Part shown: positions 19,601 through 27,603 of the stretch, piece after piece
Position numbering within the stretch: the first letter of the stretch is position 1
Layout of the letters: each line of letters starts with the position of its first letter
Source: a virus
IMG/VR virus record: IMGVR_UViG_3300036985_006248
Coordinates: 96,001-160,000 of that record
Length of the DNA stretch: 64,000 nucleotides
Reading direction: 5' to 3' (one strand)
The notes under the pieces: model-generated
What the model was told of the DNA's origin: nothing
What the model saw: only the letters and a program-made list of their open reading frames with translations
Databases searched by the model: none
Program-made: the position numbers and the translations under genes

Positions 19601-20114
19601 TGAGCATTTCATAATCCATACGTGGGTAGCGATAAAAGTTATCACCACGATATGAATCACTAACCAACTTGAAAAGATTGTTTAAACCAATCTGGTTTTG
19701 GGCTACCAACACCAAGTGCGAACGACGATTTAAGGTTGAACGAATGCCTTTCTTAGTTTCGCTTTCATTTTCGACAACTAGTCCAACATCGTCGTCAACA
19801 TGCTTTGCAAGCTTGGCGTCATCTTTGTGCTTGCTGTGTTCTCCCTTCCATTGAATTATGGATGGGTGGACGTATGCCTCAATACCATACATAACGCGAA
19901 AATCTTTACCTTCTTCTTTCATCTTCTTCGCCTTCATAAAAGCATAGCTAAAGCTATTGCAATTTCCATGCTCTGTAAAAGCAATACCTTGCAGTCCATT
20001 TTGAAAGCCGAAATCGATATGTTCTTCGGGATACCCGAGGCCATCAAAAATAGAATATGTAGTGTGCGTATGCAGGTTCACGAAAGGAATACTGGTCTTC
20101 TTGCGCTCTGACAT
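16677..20114 (-). CDS. dnaE: DNA polymerase III alpha subunit (family C)
   Basis: PHP motif HTHTTYSIFDG, GRGSGAGSLV, PDIDFD, RHAGG, KFDILGL, YGFNLSHA. Confidence 0.95.
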   Translation of the reverse strand: MSERKKTSIPFVNLHTHTTYSIFDGLGYPEEHIDFGFQNGLQGIAFTEHGNCNSFSYAFMKAKKMKEEGKDFRVMYGIEAYVHPSIIQWKGEHSKHKDDAKLAKHVDDDVGLVVENESETKKGIRSTLNRRSHLVLVAQNQIGLNNLFKLVSDSYRGDNFYRYPRMDYEMLKKHNEGLIASSACLGGVLANDYWDNIDKGERAVYAAMEKTVKSMMDIFGDRFYGELQWANYKEQHIVNQYIINISKQLGFKLISTCDAHFPSPDMWKDREIYKMLGWAGKGGNEIKIDALPSTLEAMEYQLYPKNGDELFASYKLFSKNLGFSYDDKLIEESIARTDDILKNRIENYIPDTSIKLPSFVVPEGETADTALAKMAVDKLKSTGLYKDNAYVERLKEELHTIKDRGFSKYFLTMKKISDKSKEVQLCGGGRGSGAGSLVSYLLNITEIDPIKYKLQFSRFIRKTDLSDMPDIDFDVSDPMAIKELLIKEYGENSVVPISNYNTLKPRSLVKDISKLYEIPFTDVNEVTSKMLNEATPICKKIHGIIAGVYEPTWEELKEHSPALNAYIKKYPHVATHVENLQKQVRSISRHAGGVLFADNINEKMPLINSGGTVQTPWTEGQTVRHLEPLGFIKFDILGLASLRMIETAIEHILKRHHGIATPTFEDIKKYYNDNLHPEKINLDDQGVYEHIFQEGNFCGTFQFTSKNAQKFCMLAKPKNIIDIAAITSIFRPGPLSANVHENYILAKNNPESIKYAHPLIKEVTQETHGFIVFQEQLSMLAHKLGKNISLDEGNELRKVLTKKGTGKEAQVKLKLYQKFIDGCVEKGLTEENGIDLWKTMEFFSGYGFNLSHAICYSIISYQCAYLFHHHPAEWAAAFLDKEPEEKKEAAISLAKYYGFNIKPLDINNSGTKWEVDNLDDKTLIQPLSSIKGLGDTAMTEIMKYRPFKTVEELLFNEEIIYSKLNKKALDALTRSNALPSLVDKRFTGLKHFWSAVVVDRPKTPKKLLENIDKYKPEGSFTTEETIENLVSLSGVYPINLVLDPATLKSIEDKYIPPIGDYDPSLGEVVWFIPRKITEKKTKNGKIFWILETTDITNKLTNIKCWGVDPKRDKIWLNRPYLGKLQYDDTWGFSTRSIKHTFKLLG

Positions 20115-20133
20115 TGTTTCTCCTATACAAATA

Positions 20134-20841
20134 CTATACCACGTTAGTTTCTTCTTTCCAAATTTTTTTATTTATCAAAAGATAAATTGTGGTGCAAGAT
20201 ACATCATATTTTTTAGATAAAGATTTTGTTGTATTTCCTGATTCGTGTAATTGTCGTATTTCCCTAGCCTTACCCCAATCTAATTTAGACATAGGATTTA
20301 TTCTTTTTTTGGCTTTTTTTCTCATTAATTCTATAGTTTCGGCAGAGTGTTTTTTTCCATACATTGGATTCTTCTCGTTCTGTCTATTGCCTATAGCTTC
20401 TCTGATTTTTTGTTTGGTTGCATTCGTGAGCTTCTTGCCGTATGCCGGTGCGAGATGTCCCTTTTTTCCATACATCGGATTCCTCTCCCCAGAAACGTCT
20501 GCGTGATTTTCGCTTATTCTTTTTTTGGCATCTTCACTGTATTTAATGCCCAAAGTAGAACTCGCAATTTTACAGATGTTATATTCCGGCGTTAGAATGT
20601 CTAGAAAGTGCTGCTCTCTTAGTAACAAGCTATTGATATCAATTATTTCTTCTAGGACTTCGAATATAAAGTTTTCTTTTCCGTATTTGTCCCAAGCTCT
20701 TTGTAAATGATAATTACTATGGGTTTTGTTTTTTAATTCGCTAACGTGAGTAGAAAATCTATTTTTTATATCCACCGCGCTACCAATATAAAATTTACCA
20801 TTAATACGATTTGTTATTTTATAAATGCCAGATTTTTTCAT
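20134..20841 (-). mobile_element. Free-standing GIY-YIG homing endonuclease with NUMOD3 repeats
   Basis: SGIYKI...FYIGSA; repeated NPMYGKK motifs; C-terminal HTH. Confidence 0.88.
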
Positions 20842-20858
20842 GTTTCCAAGCCGCTAAA

Positions 20859-21185
20859 TTAATCTTCTCCAAACAACTTTTTTAGACGTAAGTATTCCTT
20901 TAATTCTTTCTTCTTTGCCATCTTTTTTTGCTTCTCGGCATCCATTTTTTGTTTTTCTATACGCTTCAAGCGATTTGCATATTCTTCATCGCTCTCTACA
21001 CGTTCCCCAGATAAATTATAGCTATTTACACCTCCAATATAATAATCAGCGTTAACGGTAAGATTAGAAAAATTAGAATATATCTTTTTATATTCTGCGA
21101 GCATAGAGACTACAGTCTCTAAAGAACCCTCAAAATAATCTTCAGGAATCCTACAAAGCCCAACTTTAATTTTTAGTTTACTCAT
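20859..21185 (-). CDS. Hypothetical protein
   Basis: ORF in operon. Confidence 0.55.
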   Translation of the reverse strand: MSKLKIKVGLCRIPEDYFEGSLETVVSMLAEYKKIYSNFSNLTVNADYYIGGVNSYNLSGERVESDEEYANRLKRIEKQKMDAEKQKKMAKKKELKEYLRLKKLFGED

Positions 21186-21370
21186 ACTTTAATCCACTCT
21201 CTTAGATCAATTATTTCATACCATTCGATAAGACGACGGTTCTTGTCCTTAACTGTTTTAATCTTCGCTTCGGCTTCTTCATGGGTTTCAAATGTTCCAA
21301 TCCAATCTCTTGTTCCTCTGTTTGGATAATAATTTTCTCCCGCTATCAAAAGATAATATTTATTTTTCAC
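21182..21370 (-). CDS. Hypothetical protein
   Basis: YLLIAGENYYP...DWIGTF; ATGA coupling. Confidence 0.55.
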   Translation of the reverse strand: MKNKYYLLIAGENYYPNRGTRDWIGTFETHEEAEAKIKTVKDKNRRLIEWYEIIDLREWIKV

Positions 21371-21600
21371 TGTTCAGTCTCCTTGAGAACTGCATCGCGC
21401 AATTCTTCTAATCGTGAAGCATCTTGCAAATCCTCTTTGGTGCATAAATCTCCTGATCCGACGACGCGCAGATCCATTTGCTCTAGAGCATCACGTAATA
21501 GCTTAACATGTCTCTTCAATCTGTCGATTTCCGCCACGGGATTACAATCGCATTCTCCATGTACCCACCAACCACAAGATTCCGAGTGCGAGTAACTCAT
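21367..21600 (-). CDS. Hypothetical protein
   Basis: H...C...C.C N-terminus plus coiled coil. Confidence 0.5.
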   Translation of the reverse strand: MSYSHSESCGWWVHGECDCNPVAEIDRLKRHVKLLRDALEQMDLRVVGSGDLCTKEDLQDASRLEELRDAVLKETEQ

Positions 21601-21974
21601 TATATTTCCTCGTGGGATAATGCGTCAATTACCAGTTTATCACACACTAATGTCTTCTGTCCACATTCTTCATACAAAGTCTCTAAGGCTTTACGGAGCA
21701 TATATGACACGCGCTCCATATGAGCTAGCCTGACACGTAGAACCGAGGTGGCACTATCGACTCCTTTTGGAACATCAAGAGGCGATGCCCTAGGAGGTAC
21801 GCTGCAAGCTCCTATCGCAAACTCATCAAGATAGAAGTCACATTGGCGCAAGGCATTTAAAGCATTATCGCGCTCTGCCGTTAATTCATCCAGAGCGGCA
21901 CATACAGCTTCGTTGAGCACCTTGATACACTTATCATAGGCTGTTTCACCTATGGATTTGTCTTTTTTCTTCAT
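21600..21974 (-). CDS. Hypothetical protein
   Basis: GGAG RBS and upstream promoter. Confidence 0.5.
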   Translation of the reverse strand: MKKKDKSIGETAYDKCIKVLNEAVCAALDELTAERDNALNALRQCDFYLDEFAIGACSVPPRASPLDVPKGVDSATSVLRVRLAHMERVSYMLRKALETLYEECGQKTLVCDKLVIDALSHEEI

Positions 21975-22006
21975 TGTTTGATCTCCATTGACGTTACATA
22001 GAAAAC

Positions 22007-22035
22007 AGTATAACAGATGCTTTTTGAAACATCAA
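22007..22035 (-). promoter_or_regulatory. Sigma70-type promoter
   Basis: TTGATG-17nt-TATACT with extended -10 TG. Confidence 0.7.
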
Positions 22036-22037
22036 TG

Positions 22038-22418
22038 CTAAACTTGGGTCTTTAAAACATCTTTTAAACCATTTACCGCTTTATCAACTACTTTTGAGCA
22101 CAGATCTAATTCCTGAGTATATTTGTACATGCCAGCTTGCATTGCTAGTAATTCCTGATTAGACATATTCTCTCTAGTTAATGAGGTCTTTAAAATGGAA
22201 TCAATCTTCATTGAACCTTTTTCCAAGGATGCAATAATTGAAGAAATGGTGCTTGAAATTTTTGAAGTTGATTCAATCTTGTTTACATGATGATTATCAT
22301 GTTGTTTATTGATTGTCACATCAAATTTACTTGGTGCTGTTTTTTCTAATTGTGGACGTGGATGTTCAACAACTTTTTGTAAGCCCGCTGCTGCTATGTT
22401 AGAAAGTGGACCCGCCAT
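22038..22418 (-). CDS. Type III secretion inner-rod-like protein (SctI/PrgJ/YscI/HrpB2-like)
   Basis: C-terminus SNQELLAMQAGMYKYTQELDLCSKVVDKAVNGLKDVLKTQV matches the SctI helical-hairpin pattern and recalled myxobacterial T3SS proteins. Confidence 0.72.
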   Translation of the reverse strand: MAGPLSNIAAAGLQKVVEHPRPQLEKTAPSKFDVTINKQHDNHHVNKIESTSKISSTISSIIASLEKGSMKIDSILKTSLTRENMSNQELLAMQAGMYKYTQELDLCSKVVDKAVNGLKDVLKTQV

Positions 22419-22419
22419 A

Positions 22420-22899
22420 TTATCTGATATTGCTAATGGAGTTTTTTGCTGTGTCGTGTTTTGTCTTTAAAACATTTGATATTGATGAAAACATTGTATT
22501 TTCACGCTGCATAGCCATTTGAACCTGTAGCATTTGTGAGTTCTGAGCTGACATGCTGGCTATATCAGTATTATACTGACCTATACCGCCTGTAGCTGCC
22601 CCAGCAATTAAGTTTGGACCGCTACCACTGCCAGAGCTACCATTTAATCCTACAACGCCTGTAGCGGCGTATGAAGCACCAGAAGTGCCCCCGACTAGAT
22701 TGTTAATCGATGACACTGCTGCTGAAATAACCGCTCCACCGGGTAATGCGCTTCCCAGCAATGCAGCGCCTTGTGATACGGCAGAAGCTCCAGAATATAA
22801 AGCATCATTGACCTTTTCACCAAAGTTTTTTCCCTGTGTTTGTTTTGGTAACGTTACGTTCATTGAGAGACGATTTGGCATACTGATTACATTACTCAT
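22420..22899 (-). CDS. Type III secretion needle/filament-subunit-like protein (SctF/PrgI-like C-terminus)
   Basis: Gly/Ala/Ser-rich body; C-terminus MLQVQMAMQRENTMFSSISNVLKTKHDTAKNSISNIR resembles PrgI SNTVKVFKDIDAAIIQNFR. Confidence 0.65.
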   Translation of the reverse strand: MSNVISMPNRLSMNVTLPKQTQGKNFGEKVNDALYSGASAVSQGAALLGSALPGGAVISAAVSSINNLVGGTSGASYAATGVVGLNGSSGSGSGPNLIAGAATGGIGQYNTDIASMSAQNSQMLQVQMAMQRENTMFSSISNVLKTKHDTAKNSISNIR

Positions 22900-22965
22900 A
22901 ACTGTTTCCTTTAAAAAAAAAGTACCTATAGTAATTATCGGAGAATCATTGAACTAGTTGCTTAA

Positions 22966-23154
22966 TTACAATATTTTTTTTAATTCTAGTTTCCATCCCA
23001 AGGCTGTATACTCATCAACCCAATTACGTCTATTATCGTTCCAATATATTATCCATCGTCGATCATGATGTCCGGTTTCTTCTACGACGATACCAAATTT
23101 CTTTCTCAAATCGTCCCAAAGCAAATCACCTGTTTTTATACTCAAGATATTACT
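22966..23154 (-). CDS. Hypothetical SH3-like protein (start approximate)
   Basis: IKTGDLL...GIVV pattern. Confidence 0.45.
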   Translation of the reverse strand, partial: SNILSIKTGDLLWDDLRKKFGIVVEETGHHDRRWIIYWNDNRRNWVDEYTALGWKLELKKIL

Positions 23155-23422
23155 TCTTTCTAGTGGAGATATCAATATTTTCTTTTATCTCTTCGCCTAT
23201 AGTAACATCAATTTTATGCAGCGTCCAATATACGGAATCATATTTTTGTTTTATGTACTGAAGCTCAAAAAGATAATCTAGATTCATGTTTTCTGAAAAT
23301 GTCTCTCGTATATCACCATCGCTATCTATAAAAGCATACATCTTTCTCTTGCAAGTGCATTGTTGGTCAGGATATCCCGCGTCACAATACGCACAATTAT
23401 ACCATTTGGTTGCATCGTTCAT
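23150..23422 (-). CDS. Hypothetical protein
   Basis: CAYCDAGYPDQQCTC Cys cluster. Confidence 0.5.
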   Translation of the reverse strand: MNDATKWYNCAYCDAGYPDQQCTCKRKMYAFIDSDGDIRETFSENMNLDYLFELQYIKQKYDSVYWTLHKIDVTIGEEIKENIDISTRKK

Positions 23423-23628
23423 TAAAGAACCTTTACTTGCATATATTCGTATTCTTCTGCCTTAATAAATTCATCAAAAGAGTATGTTCTAACTTCTTCG
23501 GACTCGGTATCTAAATACGTAATATACGCATCCTTAAGAAAAGTCATCAGCTTTTTCTTATTTGAAAAATACCACTCTTCGGTAGATGGATAATGATAAA
23601 GTTTATAGATTTTCATTTGGCTGCTCAC
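23422..23628 (-). CDS. Hypothetical protein
   Basis: ORF coupled to neighbours. Confidence 0.5.
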   Translation of the reverse strand: MSSQMKIYKLYHYPSTEEWYFSNKKKLMTFLKDAYITYLDTESEEVRTYSFDEFIKAEEYEYMQVKVL

Positions 23629-24086
23629 GACGCGACCTCCGTGCGGAAGACCTCATTGTGCGCCCGCTTCCACGTTGAGCGGGAAGGCACCTCCTCCTCG
23701 GACTCACACACGAGGTCACGAAGCGCCTCCCGCGGCCGGTCAATCTCAGCCAGCAGCACCTCGATGGCGGACGCCATCTCCTTCGGAACCGGGTGGACGA
23801 AGCCTCGCACCTGCACCATTGCCTCGGGGTCGCTGTGCTTCTTCGGGAAACAGCCTTTCGTCGGGCAGTAGAAGCCGACAGAGCCACCGTCAACCTGCGC
23901 CGCACCGCACCGCTCGCAGCCACCATCAGCCGCATCAACCTCGGGAATGGCTGCGATTGCGTCGAGGTAGCCGTTCAGCTCGGCGTTCTTGGCCTCCAGT
24001 TCCGCGACGCGGGCTTGTAACGCCGTAACCCACGGTGTGCCGTCCAAGCAGTCTTCACATATGCAATCGCTAAAGTGTTTGCTCAT
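23625..24086 (-). CDS. Hypothetical Cys-rich protein on a high-GC segment
   Basis: CICEDC, CERC, CPTKGC; GC far above background. Confidence 0.6.
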   Translation of the reverse strand: MSKHFSDCICEDCLDGTPWVTALQARVAELEAKNAELNGYLDAIAAIPEVDAADGGCERCGAAQVDGGSVGFYCPTKGCFPKKHSDPEAMVQVRGFVHPVPKEMASAIEVLLAEIDRPREALRDLVCESEEEVPSRSTWKRAHNEVFRTEVAS

Positions 24087-24182
24087 AATTTTTAGTCCTT
24101 AAAGTAAATGTTATTGCGATCCATCCACGACCAGACAAGCAACAAAACTAAAATAGCTGTATCAATTCCAGCAGTATAATAA

Positions 24183-24455
24183 TCAATATCCATATCTTTC
24201 TCTATCTAGGTCGCCTGCCGTTTCTGGCGAAGCGAGTCTAAGTTTATACAATTCAGCACGCGCTTCATCGCGTTCTCTCATAAATCTCTCATCATTTTCT
24301 TCTTTTGCCTTTTTATATGAATCGCGTTCCTTACGCATAGTTTCATAATCATTAAGCAAATCAGATAAGTGTTTCTCGTCTGCAATATTCATAGTGCCGC
24401 GAGCTACCATGTTAATACAATTTTCATAAGCTGAAAGCTTTATCTTAGGAGTCAT
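24183..24455 (-). CDS. Hypothetical coiled-coil protein
   Basis: ERDEARAE repeat-like coiled coil. Confidence 0.5.
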   Translation of the reverse strand: MTPKIKLSAYENCINMVARGTMNIADEKHLSDLLNDYETMRKERDSYKKAKEENDERFMRERDEARAELYKLRLASPETAGDLDRERYGY

Positions 24456-24697
24456 ATCACATCCTCTATAATCAAGGGGGTATCAAGTACAATCTTTCTA
24501 CAAGACTTTGACACGTTGTTCGAACCCTTAAAGCTCAATGAACAAGCCATTCTTTGTTGGTTTGCTACTTGATTAAGTAAATCACTATTTTCCTGCTTGA
24601 GATCATTGATATACATCATAAACTGATCTCGTGAAACAAAAAAATCATTTCCATTACATTCTTCCGCTACAAGGAAATGAATATCTTCATATTTCAT
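24452..24697 (-). CDS. Hypothetical protein
   Basis: ORF with AAGGA RBS. Confidence 0.45.
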   Translation of the reverse strand: MKYEDIHFLVAEECNGNDFFVSRDQFMMYINDLKQENSDLLNQVANQQRMACSLSFKGSNNVSKSCRKIVLDTPLIIEDVI

Positions 24698-24710
24698 GGT
24701 TTTATCCTTT

Positions 24711-24869
24711 TTAGCCTACCAGATGCTTAGTGCTTTTCCACTCAGTAATAATTTTCCAGAAGAGGTGCAGTAAGGTGTCTCCAATATACATGTAGTTTGT
24801 ATGCCATGCAACCCAAATCTTTTTTTCTTTATATATAAGAATACTGCCGATGGTAAAATCAGTTTTCAT
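24711..24869 (-). CDS. Small hypothetical protein (52 aa, below ORF-track cutoff)
   Basis: Manual translation MKTDFTIGSILIY...HLVG; ATGA coupling. Confidence 0.4.
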   Translation of the reverse strand: MKTDFTIGSILIYKEKKIWVAWHTNYMYIGDTLLHLFWKIITEWKSTKHLVG

Positions 24870-25093
24870 AACTTTAACCACTCCTCTAAATATTCTTTAA
24901 ACGCACTGATTTCTAACTCGCTATGTGAGCGTACTCTGTTTTCTTTATTATGAATAAAGTTATCGTGCCAATAGACTTTATATACCCCCGTTTCCGCATC
25001 GACATAGACTATTGTTCCACAGCAGAAATGATCTGTATTCCATCTTGAGTGGTATTTTGCTCTGACAACCATTTCACTCACTTTGTGCGTCAT
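24866..25093 (-). CDS. Hypothetical protein (likely start MTHKV)
   Basis: ORF in operon. Confidence 0.45.
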   Translation of the reverse strand: MTHKVSEMVVRAKYHSRWNTDHFCCGTIVYVDAETGVYKVYWHDNFIHNKENRVRSHSELEISAFKEYLEEWLKL

Positions 25094-25097
25094 TGCC

Positions 25098-25934
25098 TTA
25101 TTCTTCTCCAATCCTTTTTCTATGATTGCCTTTGAATAAAGTTTTCGGCTTGTCATAAAGAGAACTTTGCTCAGATGCTATATATTTTTTGTAGCTTTCC
25201 CAACTACTAATTTCATGATACCAAGGTAAGTCTATCACGGTAGCATCAGTTCTATCAAGACCTTTAAATACAGCAGCCAAATCATAATATCTTGCACTTT
25301 TTTCTGCCCATTCTTCTGCCTGTTTATGCTTAACAATATCGCGACAACGGAAAAAATCTTCAGCACCAAACGTAAATGGTATATGCAGATTATCTTTTAC
25401 AGTTTGTCCGTTATGCGAATATATGACATTCTTCTTTGAAGACAATAAGGCTCTATTTTCTCGGATGGATTCGTCTGGCATAATACCATATGGAAACGAA
25501 CAAAAGAACTTCTCTGGGGCTATCCATTTGCTTATAAAGTTTGATATACGGTAAGCACTATCGGCACCATATAAAACACTCCATCCAAGACAGTCGCGTT
25601 TTATCCTATCTTTTGGATGAATAGGAACATAATATATACTAATTTCTTTAACTTTCTTATAAGCCGTGGGCGTCATAATAAGATAGCATGGATCTAATAT
25701 TACGTCTCCGACTCGCTTTCTTACTATGGGCTGCGTACCCATATGTCCAACTACCCAAATTGTTTCGCACCCAGCCAGCGCACATTGAAATACTGCTCGT
25801 TCAACTGCTAGATAATCTTTTGATATTGGTATCATACTATCATGCCAAGGCATATTGAAGTCTAGTGGCTGTCCACCAATCGGTACAATGCCAGCTAAAT
25901 GCTGAATGTTGTTTTGTTTGTCTATTATTTCCAT
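25098..25934 (-). CDS. Sugar-phosphate nucleotidyltransferase-like (GT-A fold) protein
   Basis: LAGIVPIGG...MIPI...AGCETIWVV pattern; C-terminal WYHEISSWESY. Confidence 0.55.
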   Translation of the reverse strand: MEIIDKQNNIQHLAGIVPIGGQPLDFNMPWHDSMIPISKDYLAVERAVFQCALAGCETIWVVGHMGTQPIVRKRVGDVILDPCYLIMTPTAYKKVKEISIYYVPIHPKDRIKRDCLGWSVLYGADSAYRISNFISKWIAPEKFFCSFPYGIMPDESIRENRALLSSKKNVIYSHNGQTVKDNLHIPFTFGAEDFFRCRDIVKHKQAEEWAEKSARYYDLAAVFKGLDRTDATVIDLPWYHEISSWESYKKYIASEQSSLYDKPKTLFKGNHRKRIGEE

Positions 25935-25937
25935 AAA

Positions 25938-26684
25938 TTAGTATAGCATACTAATGCTGCTGGGCAAGTCTTTATAGATGTTTTTTCCTAAAGGGTATAT
26001 GTCACGTCTTAAAGGTGTTAACTTAGGAGGTAAGAAACATTCATTTGTTTTATCCCATTTACCTTTTATACCAGAAGCTTTCATGCTTTTGATAGTTTTT
26101 AATCTTACGATGCTTTGGTCATAATCACTATTGAGTAAATCAGCATCACTTATCTTCGATACTGCCAATAAATCTTTTTTGGTGATATTCTTATAAAACC
26201 GTGTTGATGGATAAAAATAGATCTTTTTAACAAAGTCTTCTTTTTCGTCAACTATAAAATCAAGCGGGTGTAAAACTCCGCGATTTACATCAAACCAATC
26301 GATTACCCAATTTTTATCATCTGTTTTACCAGTTGGCGGCGGTAGACCTTCGACTCCATAATCATCGCTGATTACTAAATGATTAAATTTTATTTTGCAG
26401 ACTAAGCTATATCTTGTGACAGCTTTTAAAATATTATCTTCTTGTAAGCGCAAAGAGACTATCTTATCACTAAATGGCAGCAACTGAGACATAGATAGAG
26501 CATATGCCATTTCATCCCATATAGCAATACTTCTTTGCCAGTTTTCTCTTTCATTGTACTTATAAGGTCTTAAAACTCTGGAATAAATTGCTGGGCATTG
26601 ATGTTCATAACAATAAGCCAACGCACCCAAATCGCTACCAATAACCAAACGGTCATAAGATAGTTCAAGGGTGCGCTGTATCAT
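25938..26684 (-). CDS. Degenerate Rossmann/FAD-binding-like protein
   Basis: YDRLVIGSDLGALAY resembles GxGxxG fold start. Confidence 0.4.
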   Translation of the reverse strand: MIQRTLELSYDRLVIGSDLGALAYCYEHQCPAIYSRVLRPYKYNERENWQRSIAIWDEMAYALSMSQLLPFSDKIVSLRLQEDNILKAVTRYSLVCKIKFNHLVISDDYGVEGLPPPTGKTDDKNWVIDWFDVNRGVLHPLDFIVDEKEDFVKKIYFYPSTRFYKNITKKDLLAVSKISDADLLNSDYDQSIVRLKTIKSMKASGIKGKWDKTNECFLPPKLTPLRRDIYPLGKNIYKDLPSSISMLY

Positions 26685-26692
26685 GTGTGTTA

Positions 26693-27517
26693 TTATAATT
26701 CTTTCTCAGATCTTTGTTTATACATGTGTAGGGCAAAATCTACTGGCTTGGCCAACGAACCATTTGAGTATTCTTCACCTTCAGGAGCTTCGCTAATAAG
26801 ACCTGCCTTATCATAAAACATTAAAATCATCTCTTTTGGAATAAAGTTTTGTTTTTTTAAGAGTCTTCTTATGATAATATAGTCATTACCAGCTTTGCAC
26901 TTCTCAAGCATCTTATAAAGAAGTTCCGTCTTCGTCTCTTCATTAACAGAGTATTCTTTGGTGAGATATTTTTCTATCCGTCTCAACAAAAAATCTCCAG
27001 AATAATTATCTATACGAATATTCTTTTCTGTTTCTATTTTTTCCCAATCTTCAACCATCCAAACCTTCTTACCATCTGTTGCAATCTTACAATTAGAGAT
27101 ATCAAACCGGTTTAATACAGTTGTTGGACAACCAACGTTCTTGAAAATAAATTGGTGTTTGACACCATAAAGCATACCCTCGTATGCAAACCCACCAAAA
27201 CTGTTTGGCACACAAGGGCGAGGAGCAAGTTTTCCGTATACGTTGTCTAACTGACCTCCTAGCGCGAGAAACTTATCGACTGCTTTTTCACAATCTTTTT
27301 GTGTATAATAGAAGAAGTCAATGTCTCCCTTCTTAAGATTTTGTAAGTCCATAAGAGCAGTCTGTGCCGACGCATTCAAAATTACTTTTCTAAGGAACCC
27401 TCCAGCGATATAACCATTATCAAATAAGTGTTTGTAGCCGCTTCCATTATCAAAAAAATGAGGAAAGTCTGGAACGCTTTTAATCAACCAACTAATGTCT
27501 TTTTCAATGATGTTCAT
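26693..27517 (-). CDS. Pol-beta-superfamily nucleotidyltransferase (CCA/poly(A) polymerase head-like)
   Basis: YIAGGFLR...GDIDFF...RFD; start at ATG 27517 after GGAGG. Confidence 0.6.
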   Translation of the reverse strand: MNIIEKDISWLIKSVPDFPHFFDNGSGYKHLFDNGYIAGGFLRKVILNASAQTALMDLQNLKKGDIDFFYYTQKDCEKAVDKFLALGGQLDNVYGKLAPRPCVPNSFGGFAYEGMLYGVKHQFIFKNVGCPTTVLNRFDISNCKIATDGKKVWMVEDWEKIETEKNIRIDNYSGDFLLRRIEKYLTKEYSVNEETKTELLYKMLEKCKAGNDYIIIRRLLKKQNFIPKEMILMFYDKAGLISEAPEGEEYSNGSLAKPVDFALHMYKQRSEKEL

Positions 27518-27603
27518 GTAACCTCCAAGGAATAGACTATCGTAAAAAAAGAAACCCGTCAAGCTCAAAGACGGGCTTTAAAAAGATAATTGTTGCACAT
27601 TCA

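Noticed and set aside
16677-20841. Group I intron or intein in dnaE associated with the GIY-YIG gene
   Set aside because: dnaE is a continuous ORF of normal size with all motifs; the endonuclease lies outside it
23603-24028. Overlapping alternative-frame ORFs in the GC-rich island
   Set aside because: Expected by chance from stop-codon scarcity at high GC; only 23625..24086 has an RBS and coupling
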